From contig JASCQW010000109.1 of the NCBI GenBank assembly GCA_030264375.1, positions 18,043,657-18,107,656 of the forward strand: a DNA stretch of 64,000 nucleotides, given 5' to 3'. The position numbers were made by a program, and so were the translations under genes. Position 1 is the first letter of the stretch. Every line of letters starts with the position of its first letter. The notes beneath the pieces were generated by a model. That model was not told the DNA's origin, made no database searches, and saw only the letters and a program-made list of their open reading frames with translations. Source of the stretch: Carcharhinus longimanus (lineage: Eukaryota). Positions 1-11,065 of this stretch are shown piece after piece.

Positions 1-668
1 CAAATCTACTATACTCCTAATTTTGCAAGTAGGCTGCCTTTTTAATATGCATCACCATCTGCACAATTTACATTTGCAGAATCTCCCATTTAATAATAAG
101 GTTTCATGGTGCAGTAAGCAGCATCCCAGCCTTCGCAAGCTAGAAGCTCCTGGTTTGAGCCCCACCCCAGGACCTGATGGCCAAGGCCGTAACATGGTAA
201 AACAGGTTGAGTGTCACCTGCAAATCCTTCCATCACATGCCAACGACAGCAGGTAAGAGCAGGAAAGGTTCCTGGGCAGGGATGTGATGGAAGGAAAATA
301 GGGGCTGCAACTATCACTACTCGCGGTTCCAGACTACAACATGCATGTAAAAATGCATGTTACCACAGCAACTCAGACTCCAAGTGAATGGCAAACTCCA
401 CTCAATTAATAACCATAAGCTGCTGGTGTGATTCTCATCCATCAGCCCTGTGTTTGATGACATACAGGTTTCTGGTTAAGCATGTCCTGGTTAAGCAATG
501 TCTTAATTTTAAAATTCTTATCTTTGTTTTCAAGTTTCTTCATGCCCTCACCCTTCCCTAGCTCTGCAATCACCTCCAGCGTTACAAACTTCAGAGACAA
601 CAGCACTTCTTCAATTCTCACCTCTTAAGCATCCCTGATCTTAATGATGCTTCAGCTGCCAAGATCCA

Positions 669-870
669 TTATCTGCATCTTTAAGACTTGACTGGTTGTA
701 AAGACTCACATTCTAATCAGTACTCTGTAAACTAAGTGTGTGCCTTTATATGCCGTTTGTGATCAGGACTCTCCACTCACCTGACAAAGGGGCAAAGCCC
801 CGAAAGCGAGTGGCGTTTGCTACCAAATAAACCTGTTGGACTTTAACCTGGCGTTGTGAGACTTCTTACT
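669..870 (+). mobile_element. Penelope-like element terminal fragment with degenerate hammerhead motif
   Basis: Flanked by direct repeat aagatcca (661-668, 871-878). Contains ccactc-ctgacaa-ggggc/gcccc-gaaa-gagtgg followed by aataaacctgttggactttaacctgg. Confidence 0.65.
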
Positions 871-959
871 AAGATCCAGAATTCCCTCCCTACACTCTTT
901 AAGCCAGTCATTAAAGCCTATATCTTTGACCAAGCTTTTGATTATATAAAGGGAAGAAA

Positions 960-1410
960 GGGAAGTCTTACATTAACTACCACTTTTCAGAATCACTAAA
1001 CATCTCAGTGCTTTACAGCCAATGAAGTACTTCTTGATGTGTAATCACCACTGTAATGCAGAAAATACATTCCCATAGTGATGTAATGACCATTTGGCGG
1101 AGGGGGAGGTTCCAAATGGCCTACTCCTGTTAACACCTAATAAGATAATCTGTTTTTAGTGATTTTGATTGAGGGATACATATTGTCCAGGGCAATGGTG
1201 ATAACTCGCCTGCTCTTTTTCAATGTAGTGCCACGGGTTCTTCTATACTCACTGCAGCAAGCGGATGGGGGCTGTGGCTCAATGTCTTGTTTGAAAAATG
1301 TAACTTCCAGGGTCAGCCTTGGTTTTTGAGTTTGAGTCTTGGAAAGGGATTGGAACCCAGACCTACTGACTCAGAGGAGAGTGCTACCAACAGAGTAGCA
1401 GCTGACAAAT
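960..1410 (-). mobile_element. Deu-domain SINE (SacSINE1-like)
   Basis: gctttacagccaatgaagtactt...gataatctgtttttagtga...ttgagggata...ggaacccagacctactgactcagaggagagtgctacc. The tRNA-like head reads on the minus strand. Confidence 0.65.
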
Positions 1411-1773
1411 CACTGGTTCTATTATTTCCTTACATGGCTTGTTACATTTTGTTTGATAATGCTCCTACGAAGTGCATTGGGACGCTTGTGATTTTAAGCA
1501 TGCTATATAAATACAAGTTGTTGAGAATTGGGGTCTTAATCATTAATTGCATGTTAAAAGAATGAATTCTTCAGAATGTGGCAATGTCAGTATTAACTGC
1601 CTTTTCTTAATGATCTCTGAGAAGATGAAAAGATTCAGAAACTCCTGCAACTCATTGATGAAGAAACACCTATTTATACAGCTGTTAACTAGGGAGTTCA
1701 GGATTTTGACCCAACGCCGATGAAGGACCAGGAATAAATACCCAAGTTGGATTGATGATGATTTGGAGAAATT

Positions 1774-2113
1774 ATAGAAACCTTAAAGTGCAGAAAGAGG
1801 CCATTTGGCCCATCAAGTCTGCACCGACCACAATCCCATCCAGGCCCTACCCCCATATCTCTACATACTTACGCACTAATCCCTCTAACCTACGCCCCTC
1901 AGGACACTAAGGGCATTTTTTTTAAGCATGGCCAGTCAACCTAACCCGCACATCTTTGGACTGTGGGAAGAAACCAGAGCACCTGGAGGAAACCCACGCA
2001 GACACAAGGAGAAAGTGCAAATACCACACAGACAGTGACCCAAGCCGGGAATCAAACCCAGGTCCCTGGAACTGTGAAGCAGCAGTGCTAACCATTGTGC
2101 TACCATGCCGCCC
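1774..2113 (-). mobile_element. HE1/V-SINE-type tRNA-derived SINE
   Basis: Reverse complement gives GGCGGCATGGTAGCACAATGGTTAGCACTGCTG (A box), a B-box region, the V-domain and a CR1-like tail. Inserted in a LINE fragment (about 1580-2160). Confidence 0.88.
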
Positions 2114-2511
2114 TAAACTTGGGAGGTGATAGTCTTCCCATGCACCAGCTGCCCTTATGCTTCCCTCAATGCTGTTTTTCTAATAAAATGAATTGCAAGT
2201 TGTAATAGCTCCCCTACATAAACTGGCTGAACTTCCTGTAATGTACAGAATAGTACAAGCCAAATTAAAGCAGGAACCCTGCTGGAGATCCAGGGGCAAC
2301 ATGTTATGCAAATAAAGCGTCCATGGTAACATTTTATATAAACTTACAAAAAATAATGGTCCAAGTCAGGACATGTTGTGTATTGTACAACAGTTCAAAG
2401 CTTTTATTGAGCACTAATCCATTCAGTAGCTGAATAAGGCTGTGGACAGGGCTGGCGGAGGAACAGTTTTTGGAGTTACACGTTAGAGGAGTCAGGCAGC
2501 ACGGTCTTGAT

Positions 2512-2732
2512 CAGAAACAGGAAACGCTGGAAAATCTTAGCAGGTCTGACAGCACCTGTGGAGAGAGAATAGAATCAATGTTTCGAGTTAGGATGAGCCT
2601 TCGTCAGAAGACCATCCAGACTCAAAACATTGGTTCCATTCTCTCTCTCCACAGATGCTGTCAGACCTGCTGACATTTTCTAGTATTTTCTGTTTTTGTT
2701 TCAGGTTCCAGCATCCGCAGTATTTTGCTTTA
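2512..2732 (+). mobile_element. Palindromic Penelope-derived-like element, copy 1
   Basis: Inverted arms (gcaggtctgacagcacctgtggagagagaat / attctctctccacagatgctgtcagacctgc). 14-bp TSD agcacggtcttgat (2498-2511) and agcacagtcttgat (2733-2746). Confidence 0.8.
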
Positions 2733-4472
2733 AGCACAGTCTTGATTTCTAACAATTGATCCAAGCCAAAGTAAACCTGGGTTTGTGCAAGTTAAAATTG
2801 GCTGTATGATTATTGAGCCAGCCCTAGCATCACTATGAATACCATAAAACCAAACACGACGAAACAAGTCATATAGTACAGGATATCCATCACAACACCA
2901 CAGCATCCTCATTTCCGTACCCATGCATCACACAAGCTATTTTGGAGGACTTGTTTGTTGTTCTAAGAGGAAATTAATTGTAATTGCGGCGCTAACTGAT
3001 TCAGGTCCTCAAGAGCTCTTGCAGAAGCTTCATGGCTTAATTTTGTGACTTAACGGTGCCAGTATCTTGAAAAGCACCAAGGCCACACTTTGTTATACAT
3101 TATCTGCAAAGAATTTTGTTTCTTTTTAAATAATAGGTTTCAAATGGTAATTGAGAGATTTATAAAGCTAATCTGTGGTAATCTCAAATTCTGTAAATGC
3201 AGTCACTGGTGTACTTAGACATGTTGCTAGACTTGGCTTAAAAAAACTTCTTCATCACAAACATGCTGCTTATTATGGTTTTGTACTGGTCCAAGGTAAT
3301 CTTTATATAGAATATTCTCCTGCAAACAAAAATCACATGAGCATCACATTACAGCACCAATTGAAAGTGCAGATTCAATGGAAGTAAGTGACTTCACAAC
3401 CTAAGGAAACAACCACTGACTACAATACTCAGAATTAATGGGCTCAATTCTAAAGTCCAGAATACACTTTGACTTGTGGCATTTTCAAAATGACTTTCTA
3501 AAGAAAGTGACTTTCAGTTCACTTTCTAAGCAATGGGTCGAATTTTGAGATTTAGATCAACAGTAACAGCTCCAGCAGCAATCCAGGAGGTCCTCCACTG
3601 GGTACATCTCCTAATCCCAACATCACTCCGTCAGCTAGTACCCACTGCTTCCTCCCTTTGAGCTAATTTCATATTCACCTCATAAATTAAAACTGAGGAT
3701 GCACATTGTTTTGAGCACGTATATAGTCGCATCCTTTTCAGATGGAACTTTACCAGAAGCTTTCTGAAATTGAAGGCACATTTTATTTCATAGTTTCCCA
3801 GCATCCACTTGGCACTTCCTGCCAAGGTAGAACAGGTGAGGTGAAATTCTGTACCCCATTTGGGAACAGAAGAAGAGATTAAAAAAAAGGGAAGAAATGA
3901 AAACATAATGAAAAGGTTACTTCAGGCTCTAAACTTCCTGTAACATCTTGGAAGATCTACTTATCAAACTCTATATTAGTATTCAAATTCTTGAAGCACT
4001 TTAGGCAGGCTGGTGTGAAGCACTGATTGAGTTAGTTTGTTACCACCTTTCCTATTACAGAGCTAAAAATTAACACCAGCACTTGGCCAGAATTAATTAT
4101 GGAGGGATAGGAGATGGGCTGTTAAATCCATTTCACATCCTTACTTTACCAAGTTAGATGCACAGAAAGTCTTTTCTGAAGGCAGTTTACAAAATGCATT
4201 ATGTTTAGCGCAGTCAGTGAACCGATAATGTTTAAAAACTCCAGAAACCATAAAGATCAGAAGTTGTTGAGAGGCATGATGACACCGAAGTCTGGCTTTG
4301 CCTTTACTAATAGAAACTTGGTACCTTTATGTGGAGGTGGGGGTGGGGGGATGCATTTTCATGTTTAAATTTAGGCCTGAACCCAGATCCTTACCTCCCA
4401 ATGTGGAGCAACTCACATTGTGTTGTTTTCCTGTGGACTAAGATCAATTGGTTCCTACGCATTAGCACATAC

Positions 4473-5293
4473 CTGATTCATTTTGAAGAAGTCCAAGGTA
4501 GGCCTTGTCCATCGGACATCCTCATCATGCCTCCGTTTTATACCACACTTGCGTTCGTTTAAGTCGCAGGGCTGGGAATGACTCCGCAACAGGCCCTGCT
4601 GCCGCCGGTTCATCTCTGGAGTGGAGGAGGGTGTGCTTTTGGCTGACAGCAGACATCTTGTTGCCTCGCGAATGTGCACTGGTGAGAGTGAGAAGCGCCT
4701 TTGAGGGACGAATGTGCACTGCTCGGGCAAAATGCACTGCACGCCCAAAAAAGTTCTCTCGCCGATATCTGCGGAATGGTTGTTGGGTGACAGCATCCAT
4801 GGCAATGGGGATTCAGGAGATGTTGTGAGACTGGAAAATGTGAAACTGCTGGTGTTTGAGTAATGGCCGGAGTTGGGAAGTTGCTGGAGGCCAAGGCTGG
4901 TGGGGCGCTGAGTCGAGTTACTGAGCTGTACAGCTGCATTTCCACCACTGTTGCAGCGCCGTTTGACAGGAGTCCAGACCTTGGAGCCGACTGGTTTCCA
5001 CAGAGACCTGCAGCGCGACAGGTCTTCTGGCACAGAGAGTGATCGACAGTGTCTCTTGGTCGGTGGATCTGGCAGCGAGGCAAAACTCTCAGAGAACTGC
5101 AAGTCACTTAAGTTCCCCACTGACGTGCTGGTCATGTGACCCATCCACGTACTTGTTGCCTGACCTGTCCATAAGGATTTGTTCTGACTGGAGGAGTTGA
5201 TGCTGCTTAGGTTGTAGCTTGCAAGTGAAGGGAACCCCATATTCACAGGTAATTCAGCATTTGAAGTGTCAAATACATTCCACTTCCTTTCCT
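4473..5293 (-). CDS. FAM53C: FAM53C, large third coding exon (EERKWNVF...PPTKRHCRSLSVPEDLSR...PQRRFSLSP...RSHSQPCDL...RPTLDFFKMNQ)
   Basis: ORF 4455..5246 carries FAM53 family motifs. Acceptor ttatacctttgcag|AG is phase 1 and donor CAG|GTATGT follows KMNQ. SLSVPxDLSR, PQRRFSLSP, SQPCDL, KRRHxED and KMNQ favour FAM53C over A or B. Confidence 0.93.
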
Positions 5294-6436
5294 CTGCAAA
5301 GGTATAATGGAAAAGACATTCAGTAACACAAATATAGCATTAAAGCATCAACAAAGCATTTCAGCACAGGTCTCCTGAAGATACCACTCAATGGGCTAAG
5401 GGGTCCATGGTATTGCAAAGATAACCAAGTCTAATCACGTTATAAGCGAACATCCATATCGTTGGGCAAAGATCATTGGACAACAATTGGGAGCAGAAGC
5501 CAAAGCTAAAATTTACCTTTTCTTGACACAGTGACCAACTGTAGCATCTTCGCTAGTATCCCAGCTGAAATGAGCTCACGTAGCTTGGACTAGGAATAGA
5601 ACCTGGAGCCACCTTGTGTGTTTGACTTACCAATTAAAGCCTAGGAGTATGGCTGAGGGGACATTTATATTTTCTTGTGACTGTTACTCCCCTCCCCCTC
5701 ATATCGCAGATTATCCCAGACTGCCAAGCAAAGATCAGCTTAGAGGTTAAAATAGCACTAATAAATTGTGCGAAAAAAACTTTCTGCATTAAGCTTCAGA
5801 GGAATGCATAGGCATACTTTGTAACTTACTGGAAATTAATATGGAAGCCAAGTAGCAATAGGTAATAAAACTGTTCTTTCACTGAAAAGATGTGCTCATG
5901 CAGAAGGGAATTGTGTTTATGAAATTGGCCAGTGCATTGACTGTGATAACCAAGTAAATAGTAGAAATTGAGTATGGTGATGGGAATGAGTGGCATCACC
6001 TGGGAAAGTGGTCACAGTAGGAGGCCACTATCAGAGCTCAAGAACACTACACACTAATCACAGATAAGGGTTGGGAAATGAACAAATCACATGAAACATT
6101 CAATTCAAATACATCCACCACACTTGGAGGATTGCAGCATTCGGTGATTGATCCGTTAGTGAGCATATTGAATTTCTACGTTTGGGTTTTTTTGTGGGCT
6201 TTGAGGGGACTTAACTTTCAATCCAAGCAGTTGCAAAGTTCTCTCTATCCCAGTTTAGCTACAGAGGAAGTGCATTAAAGCCAGCTGTTGCCCCAGATTA
6301 AATTCTCTTGGATGCAAGATGGCTGTCATCTTCCAACCCAATCTGCGTGTCTCACAGGTTACTCTTCCGTGCTGACTGCCCTTGCTGTCCTGACTAGCCA
6401 CCTTGTTTTTCAGAGTCACTGGTGCATGCAACTCAT

Positions 6437-6632
6437 TGTTGTACATTGGAGCATTTACGCTCAGAAACACAGAAGGTTAAAAATAACTGAAATTTACAGG
6501 GTGGTGTTCACAACATGGTTGCTTCTTCTCTGGCAGTTCCCTGCGCTAGCGACATCATTTCTAGTGAATAAATGAATATATTAGTGCACAGCGCTTACTG
6601 TTGCTCCCAAGAATCAACATTATTGCATAATA
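6437..6632 (-). repeat. 3' LTR of the Gypsy element; PPT at about 6633-6643
   Basis: Aligns colinearly with 10859-11065 (tgttgtacattggag...tgttcacaacatggttgctt...ctctggcagtt...ccaagaatcaa). The adjacent minus-strand AGGAGAGGAAA is a polypurine tract. Confidence 0.82.
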
Positions 6633-9600
6633 TTTCCTCTCCTAAATTAAACGTCCTCAACAAATTCAAGTGCAATATAGATAGTAATCCATAAACAATC
6701 AATAAATCAGATAGTCATCGTAACGTCACTGCTTCAATGATTGGTAGCGAATCTCTGGCGTCTTCTCTGCACTGGTTGTAACCTCTAGCATTTTCATTTT
6801 TGAAAAAAATCATTAGTGGTTAACATAAATAGTGTCAGCATTGATTGGCCTACAGGTGAGGTGTTCCTTTCCTCATCCATGTCTGTCATTGTCAGGGTTG
6901 CAAGATGATTCGGGTCAGGACTTTGTACAGTTAGACCTGGATTTTCAGCAGTTTCCATTTCCAGCGGCTCGGTTCTTCCTGTCAACAACTGGTCTGCATG
7001 TCTCCTCCAATCGACATCATCTCTGGCTTGGATGGTCTATGAGACAAGTCCAGTCTCTGCAAGGATTATGGCAGGAACCCATTTCTCTCCTGTGGAGTAA
7101 TTCCTAGTCAAATCTCCTTGCCCTTGGTAGACGACACAATGTTTTGCTTTTTCACCATTCTCTGTCCTTATTGTTGCTGTGAAATGATTTATTCCGTTTT
7201 CAGCGATTTCAACAAATCGAGTGCCAAAAGTAGTTGTCTTTCAGTATAATGCAGGAAAGATTTGTCATTGAATGTGCATATTCCTATATATTAGCAGGAA
7301 TTGGTCAAGACATTTGAACAGTGAACATTGTTCCCTGGTTGCTTTCAACGTATGTTTCATGGTTTGGGCAAAATGTTCTGCTAGTCTGTTCTTAGCAGAA
7401 TGGTACGGTGCCAACTTAATATTTCAAATACCATTTCCCTTTCTAAAAAACTTCGAATTCTTGGGAGACAAATTAAGATTCATTGTTATTTACCAATTGA
7501 TCGTAGAATCCAAACCTACTAAAGACTTCTCCTTGCCACGCAAAAGTCTTTTCTGATGAAGTAGATTTCATTATAGCAACTTCCAGCCACTTTCAACGAG
7601 CATCAACCATTACGAAGAACAAACATCCTTCAAAAGATCCCAGAAATTCTACATGCATGTATTGCCAAGCCTTTGCTGGTCATTTCTAAAGATGCCAAGG
7701 GTGGCAGCTTTCTTATCTTTGCACATGAAGAACACGTTCCAATTTTCTCTTCAATTTCCACTTCCAATCAAGNNNNNNNNNNNNNNNNNNNNNNNNNNNN
7801 NNNNNNNNNNNNNNNNNNNNNNNNNNNNNNNNNNNNNNNNNNNNNNNNNNNNNNNNNNNNNNNNNNNNNNNNTTGATTGGAAGTGGAAATTGAAGAGAAA
7901 ATTGGAACGTGTTCTTCATGTGCAAAGATAACCACCAATAACTTCTGACTTTTTCTTTCATGCATACAATTCTGCAATGGCCCTCATGCAACTTGTCTAA
8001 CACTAATCTTCTCAATGGTGGTGGAATAATCAAGAGTCCCCATCCTGACTGTACAGGCAGCTCCAATTTTCTACAGGAGCGTAATTTCAAGTCAGGTGTT
8101 ACTTCTAACTTCTTACTTTGTAATACCATTCCCATCACTTCTGAGTGCATCAGATCACTCCAAGTGTTCTTACTTACTTGTTCAGTGACTGGTGTACTGT
8201 CTACCAGTTCAAAGTAGAAGATACTTCTGCTTAAGTAGTTTGACAAGCTACTGGCTGACAAACTACTTGTTGGTGGTAATCTTGAAAGTCAATCCACATT
8301 ACACTGTAGATGTGATTGCCGACACATGTTGGTAATAATTATGTGTAGACAATAGCAATACCCATCTCTGCATTCGATTTGCTGCCATGATATGATTGCC
8401 ATGTGGGGTCCAAAAATGGTAGTTAATGGACAATGGTCCACCAACAGTGTGGTTTTCTTCTGTAAGGATTTATGGAATTTCTTTGCTCCAAAGATAATCT
8501 TTCATGCTTTCAATTTTACTTTCAGCCTTGCTTGACGTTCAAGACGCAAAAGTAATGGGAATGCCACAAGGGGATGCATCATTCACTAACTGTTAGGGTA
8601 CAGTAGGGACAAAATGCTAATAACTTCAGATTTGAGCTACGCTTCTTTGGCTTGATGAAAGCATTATTGCATTGAACTGACCGATCACTTCCACTTCCTG
8701 TTCAGGCACAAGAGATTATGCAATGGTTTTAAAATGGTTGCCAAATTTGAACAAATCTTTCATTATGGTTCAATGTTCTGAGGTGCAGATGTCTCTGCAA
8801 TAGCCTTGACCTCCAAAAGAGATTTGTAAAGACCCGTGGTATTTGGGACATGTCCCAAATACTCAATGGAGGATTGGAAAAACTCACTTGTCCTTGTAGT
8901 CTCTCTGTCCTTGGTCTTCTAATCTTTGAAGAGTGTCATCCATATGCCGAAGATGTGCCTCTTCATCTCTTCCAGTGGCCAGGATGCCACCTAGATAACA
9001 ATGGACTCTGTCCACTCAGGATCTGATCCACTGCCCTTTGAAACAATGCAGGAACAGCTGTGACACCAAACGGCAATATGTCATGATTGCCAGAAGTTCT
9101 TATGACTTCTGGTCTATATTCATCTGTAGGAAAGCTTGGCTTAGGTCAATTTTGCTAAAATGTTGGCCTCCTGTCAATCCCACAATTGTGTCATTGATGT
9201 AGGGTAATGGGTACGGTTCCACACATAATACTGGATTTAGGATGACTTTGAAGTCTTCACAAATCATTATAGATCCATCCTTCTTGATGACAGTTATTAT
9301 TGGTGTAGCGCATTGACTGATGCTGACAGGATCCAAGACCCCTGACTTCACAAATCATTCCAAGTCAGCCTCCACTTTCAGCCTGATAGCACAGGGTACC
9401 AACCTCACCTTCAAGCATTTTGCTTTAATCTTCAATTTAACTGTGATGTCTTTCATACTCCCCAGCTCTCCATCAAACAGTGAGCTTCTTTACAGTCTTT
9501 GCAAAGCCCAATTCATTAATCAAGTTGTCTTTGGCCCAGTTCAGTCAAATCTCTTCTAACCACATTTGACCAATTGATGCTGGCTAATTGCCCTTTACAA

Positions 9601-10858
9601 CATGTTAAGCCAAATTTGCTGTTCGTCCGCCAAGTTGCACAGCTACTTCAATGCAGCCCATCAGTGGAACCACTTCACCTGTTTGTCTTTAACACTATTC
9701 TTGCAGCTTTCAAGGAAATATGTTTTTCCTTATGTTTAGTCTATGGCATGAGTGAGACTGTCTTAGTGTCAACTTCCATCCTTACTGGCTGTCCATCCAG
9801 CAATGTTATATTTACATGTCGTTTTGCCTTTTTTCTTGATTATTTTTGCTTGTAACTTGCTTTTTCTTCAACAGGCATGCTACTTGTCCTTTTCTTCCCC
9901 CCACAGCTTCGGCATACTATGTCCTTACACCAACATCTGCAGCTGAATGCCCTGACTTCGCAAATCAAAGACATAGGAGTTTCAGAACACTTAGGTATCG
10001 ATCGATTCAGCCCACTGAGTACACAAACTGAGCCGCTGAGCTTCTTTTGCAGCCAGCTCCATTGCAGCAGCAATTTCCTTGGCCCTTTTCAAAGTAAGGC
10101 TACTTTTGGTTAGCAAACTTTCTGCATTGCTTCATTGCACAGACAAATCTGTCCCAAATTATGTCATTCAGCACATCACCAAACTCCCAATATTGTCCGT
10201 CTTTTTAGCACAAACCACAAATTGCACAATTGACTCCGCATCACCTCGATTTATTTTGTGCAATCTGAAGTGCTCTGCATTTACCAAAGCCTTCAGCGAA
10301 AAATGCACTGGCAACATATCTACAACTTGTCCATATGTTCTAGTGCCTAGCTTCTCCAGTTGCACTCAACCTCAGAGGAGATTAAACATCCCATCCCACT
10401 GCACCTCCTCCCCTAGGAACTCCATCGTTCCANNNNNNNNNNNNNNNNNNNNNNNNNNNNNNNNNNNNNNNNNNNNNNNNNNNNNNNNNNNNNNNNNNNN
10501 NNNNNNNNNNNNNNNNNNNNNNNNNNNNNNNNCTCCCCTAGGAACTCCATCGTTCCACATTTTCATCAAAGGGACCAATGACGCCATAAATTCCTGCCAT
10601 TTTCTTACCAATGGAGGTCCCCCAAATGCAAACTTTCAACCCATTTTGAGCAGCTACCTTGATTTATCTCCTTTTAAACAAGGCAACGTGAACTTTGGTC
10701 TCTCTTTAAGCAGAGCACTCTAATTACTGTGCAGAGGATCATTTCTCACATCCATTTTGCCATTGTCTTCCAAGTCTTCAGTTCCTGACATTTCCTGGAA
10801 TTTTCCTTCTTTCTGGTGGCTAGCAAACGCTGCTTAACATTTTCATCGCCAGTTTTTT

Positions 10859-11065
10859 TGTTGTATATTGGAGAATTGATGCTGGGAAGCATGGAGGATT
10901 AAATGTAACGGAGTTTTATTTAGAGTGATGTTCACTACATGGCTGCTTTGCTGCTCTGGCAGTTTCCCACACTAGCAACCTGTGACGTCGCTTCTGGTGA
11001 ATACACGAATGTATTAATACACAGTGCTTAGTGCAGCTACCAAGTATCAATATTAATAAATCACA
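10859..11065 (-). repeat. 5' LTR of the Gypsy element; PBS at 10838-10851
   Basis: TG...CA ends. It is followed on the minus strand by TGGCGATGAAAATG, resembling the TGGCGACGAGGATG tRNA-Ser-type PBS. Confidence 0.82.

Larger units (their letters stand above)
500..1525 (+). mobile_element. L2-type LINE 3' end, interrupted by two insertions
   Basis: L2-like 3' text (ttttaaaattcttatctttgttttcaag...cttcagctgcc, gaattccctccc...tctttgaccaagctttt, atgctatataaatacaagttgttg). A second uninterrupted copy lies at 16262-16645. Confidence 0.7.
6437..11065 (-). mobile_element. Decayed full-length Ty3/Gypsy LTR retrotransposon
   Basis: Minus-strand remnants in the order gag (10365-10168), Cys-rich knuckle (about 9950-9890), protease, RT (ATPIITVIKKDGSIMICEDFK...FSKIDLSQAFLQM, 9351-9100), RNase H, integrase (LHEGH...MKEKVRSYWW...CSSC). 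Two LTRs, PBS and PPT are present. Many stops and frameshifts. Confidence 0.9.

Noticed and set aside
1-4454. Final FAM53C coding exon
   Set aside because: I found no minus-strand frame ending in an LDLxxIExN-like motif, so it is presumably left of the window.
4505-5139. Overlapping alternative-frame and antisense ORFs (4505..4828+, 4525..4800-, 4610..5107-, 4951..5139+)
   Set aside because: These are shadows of the GC-richer FAM53C exon with no recognisable motifs.
5244-5246. ORF-track start of the 263-aa ORF as the gene start
   Set aside because: It is an internal GTG. The frame continues to the acceptor at 5293 and joins upstream exons.
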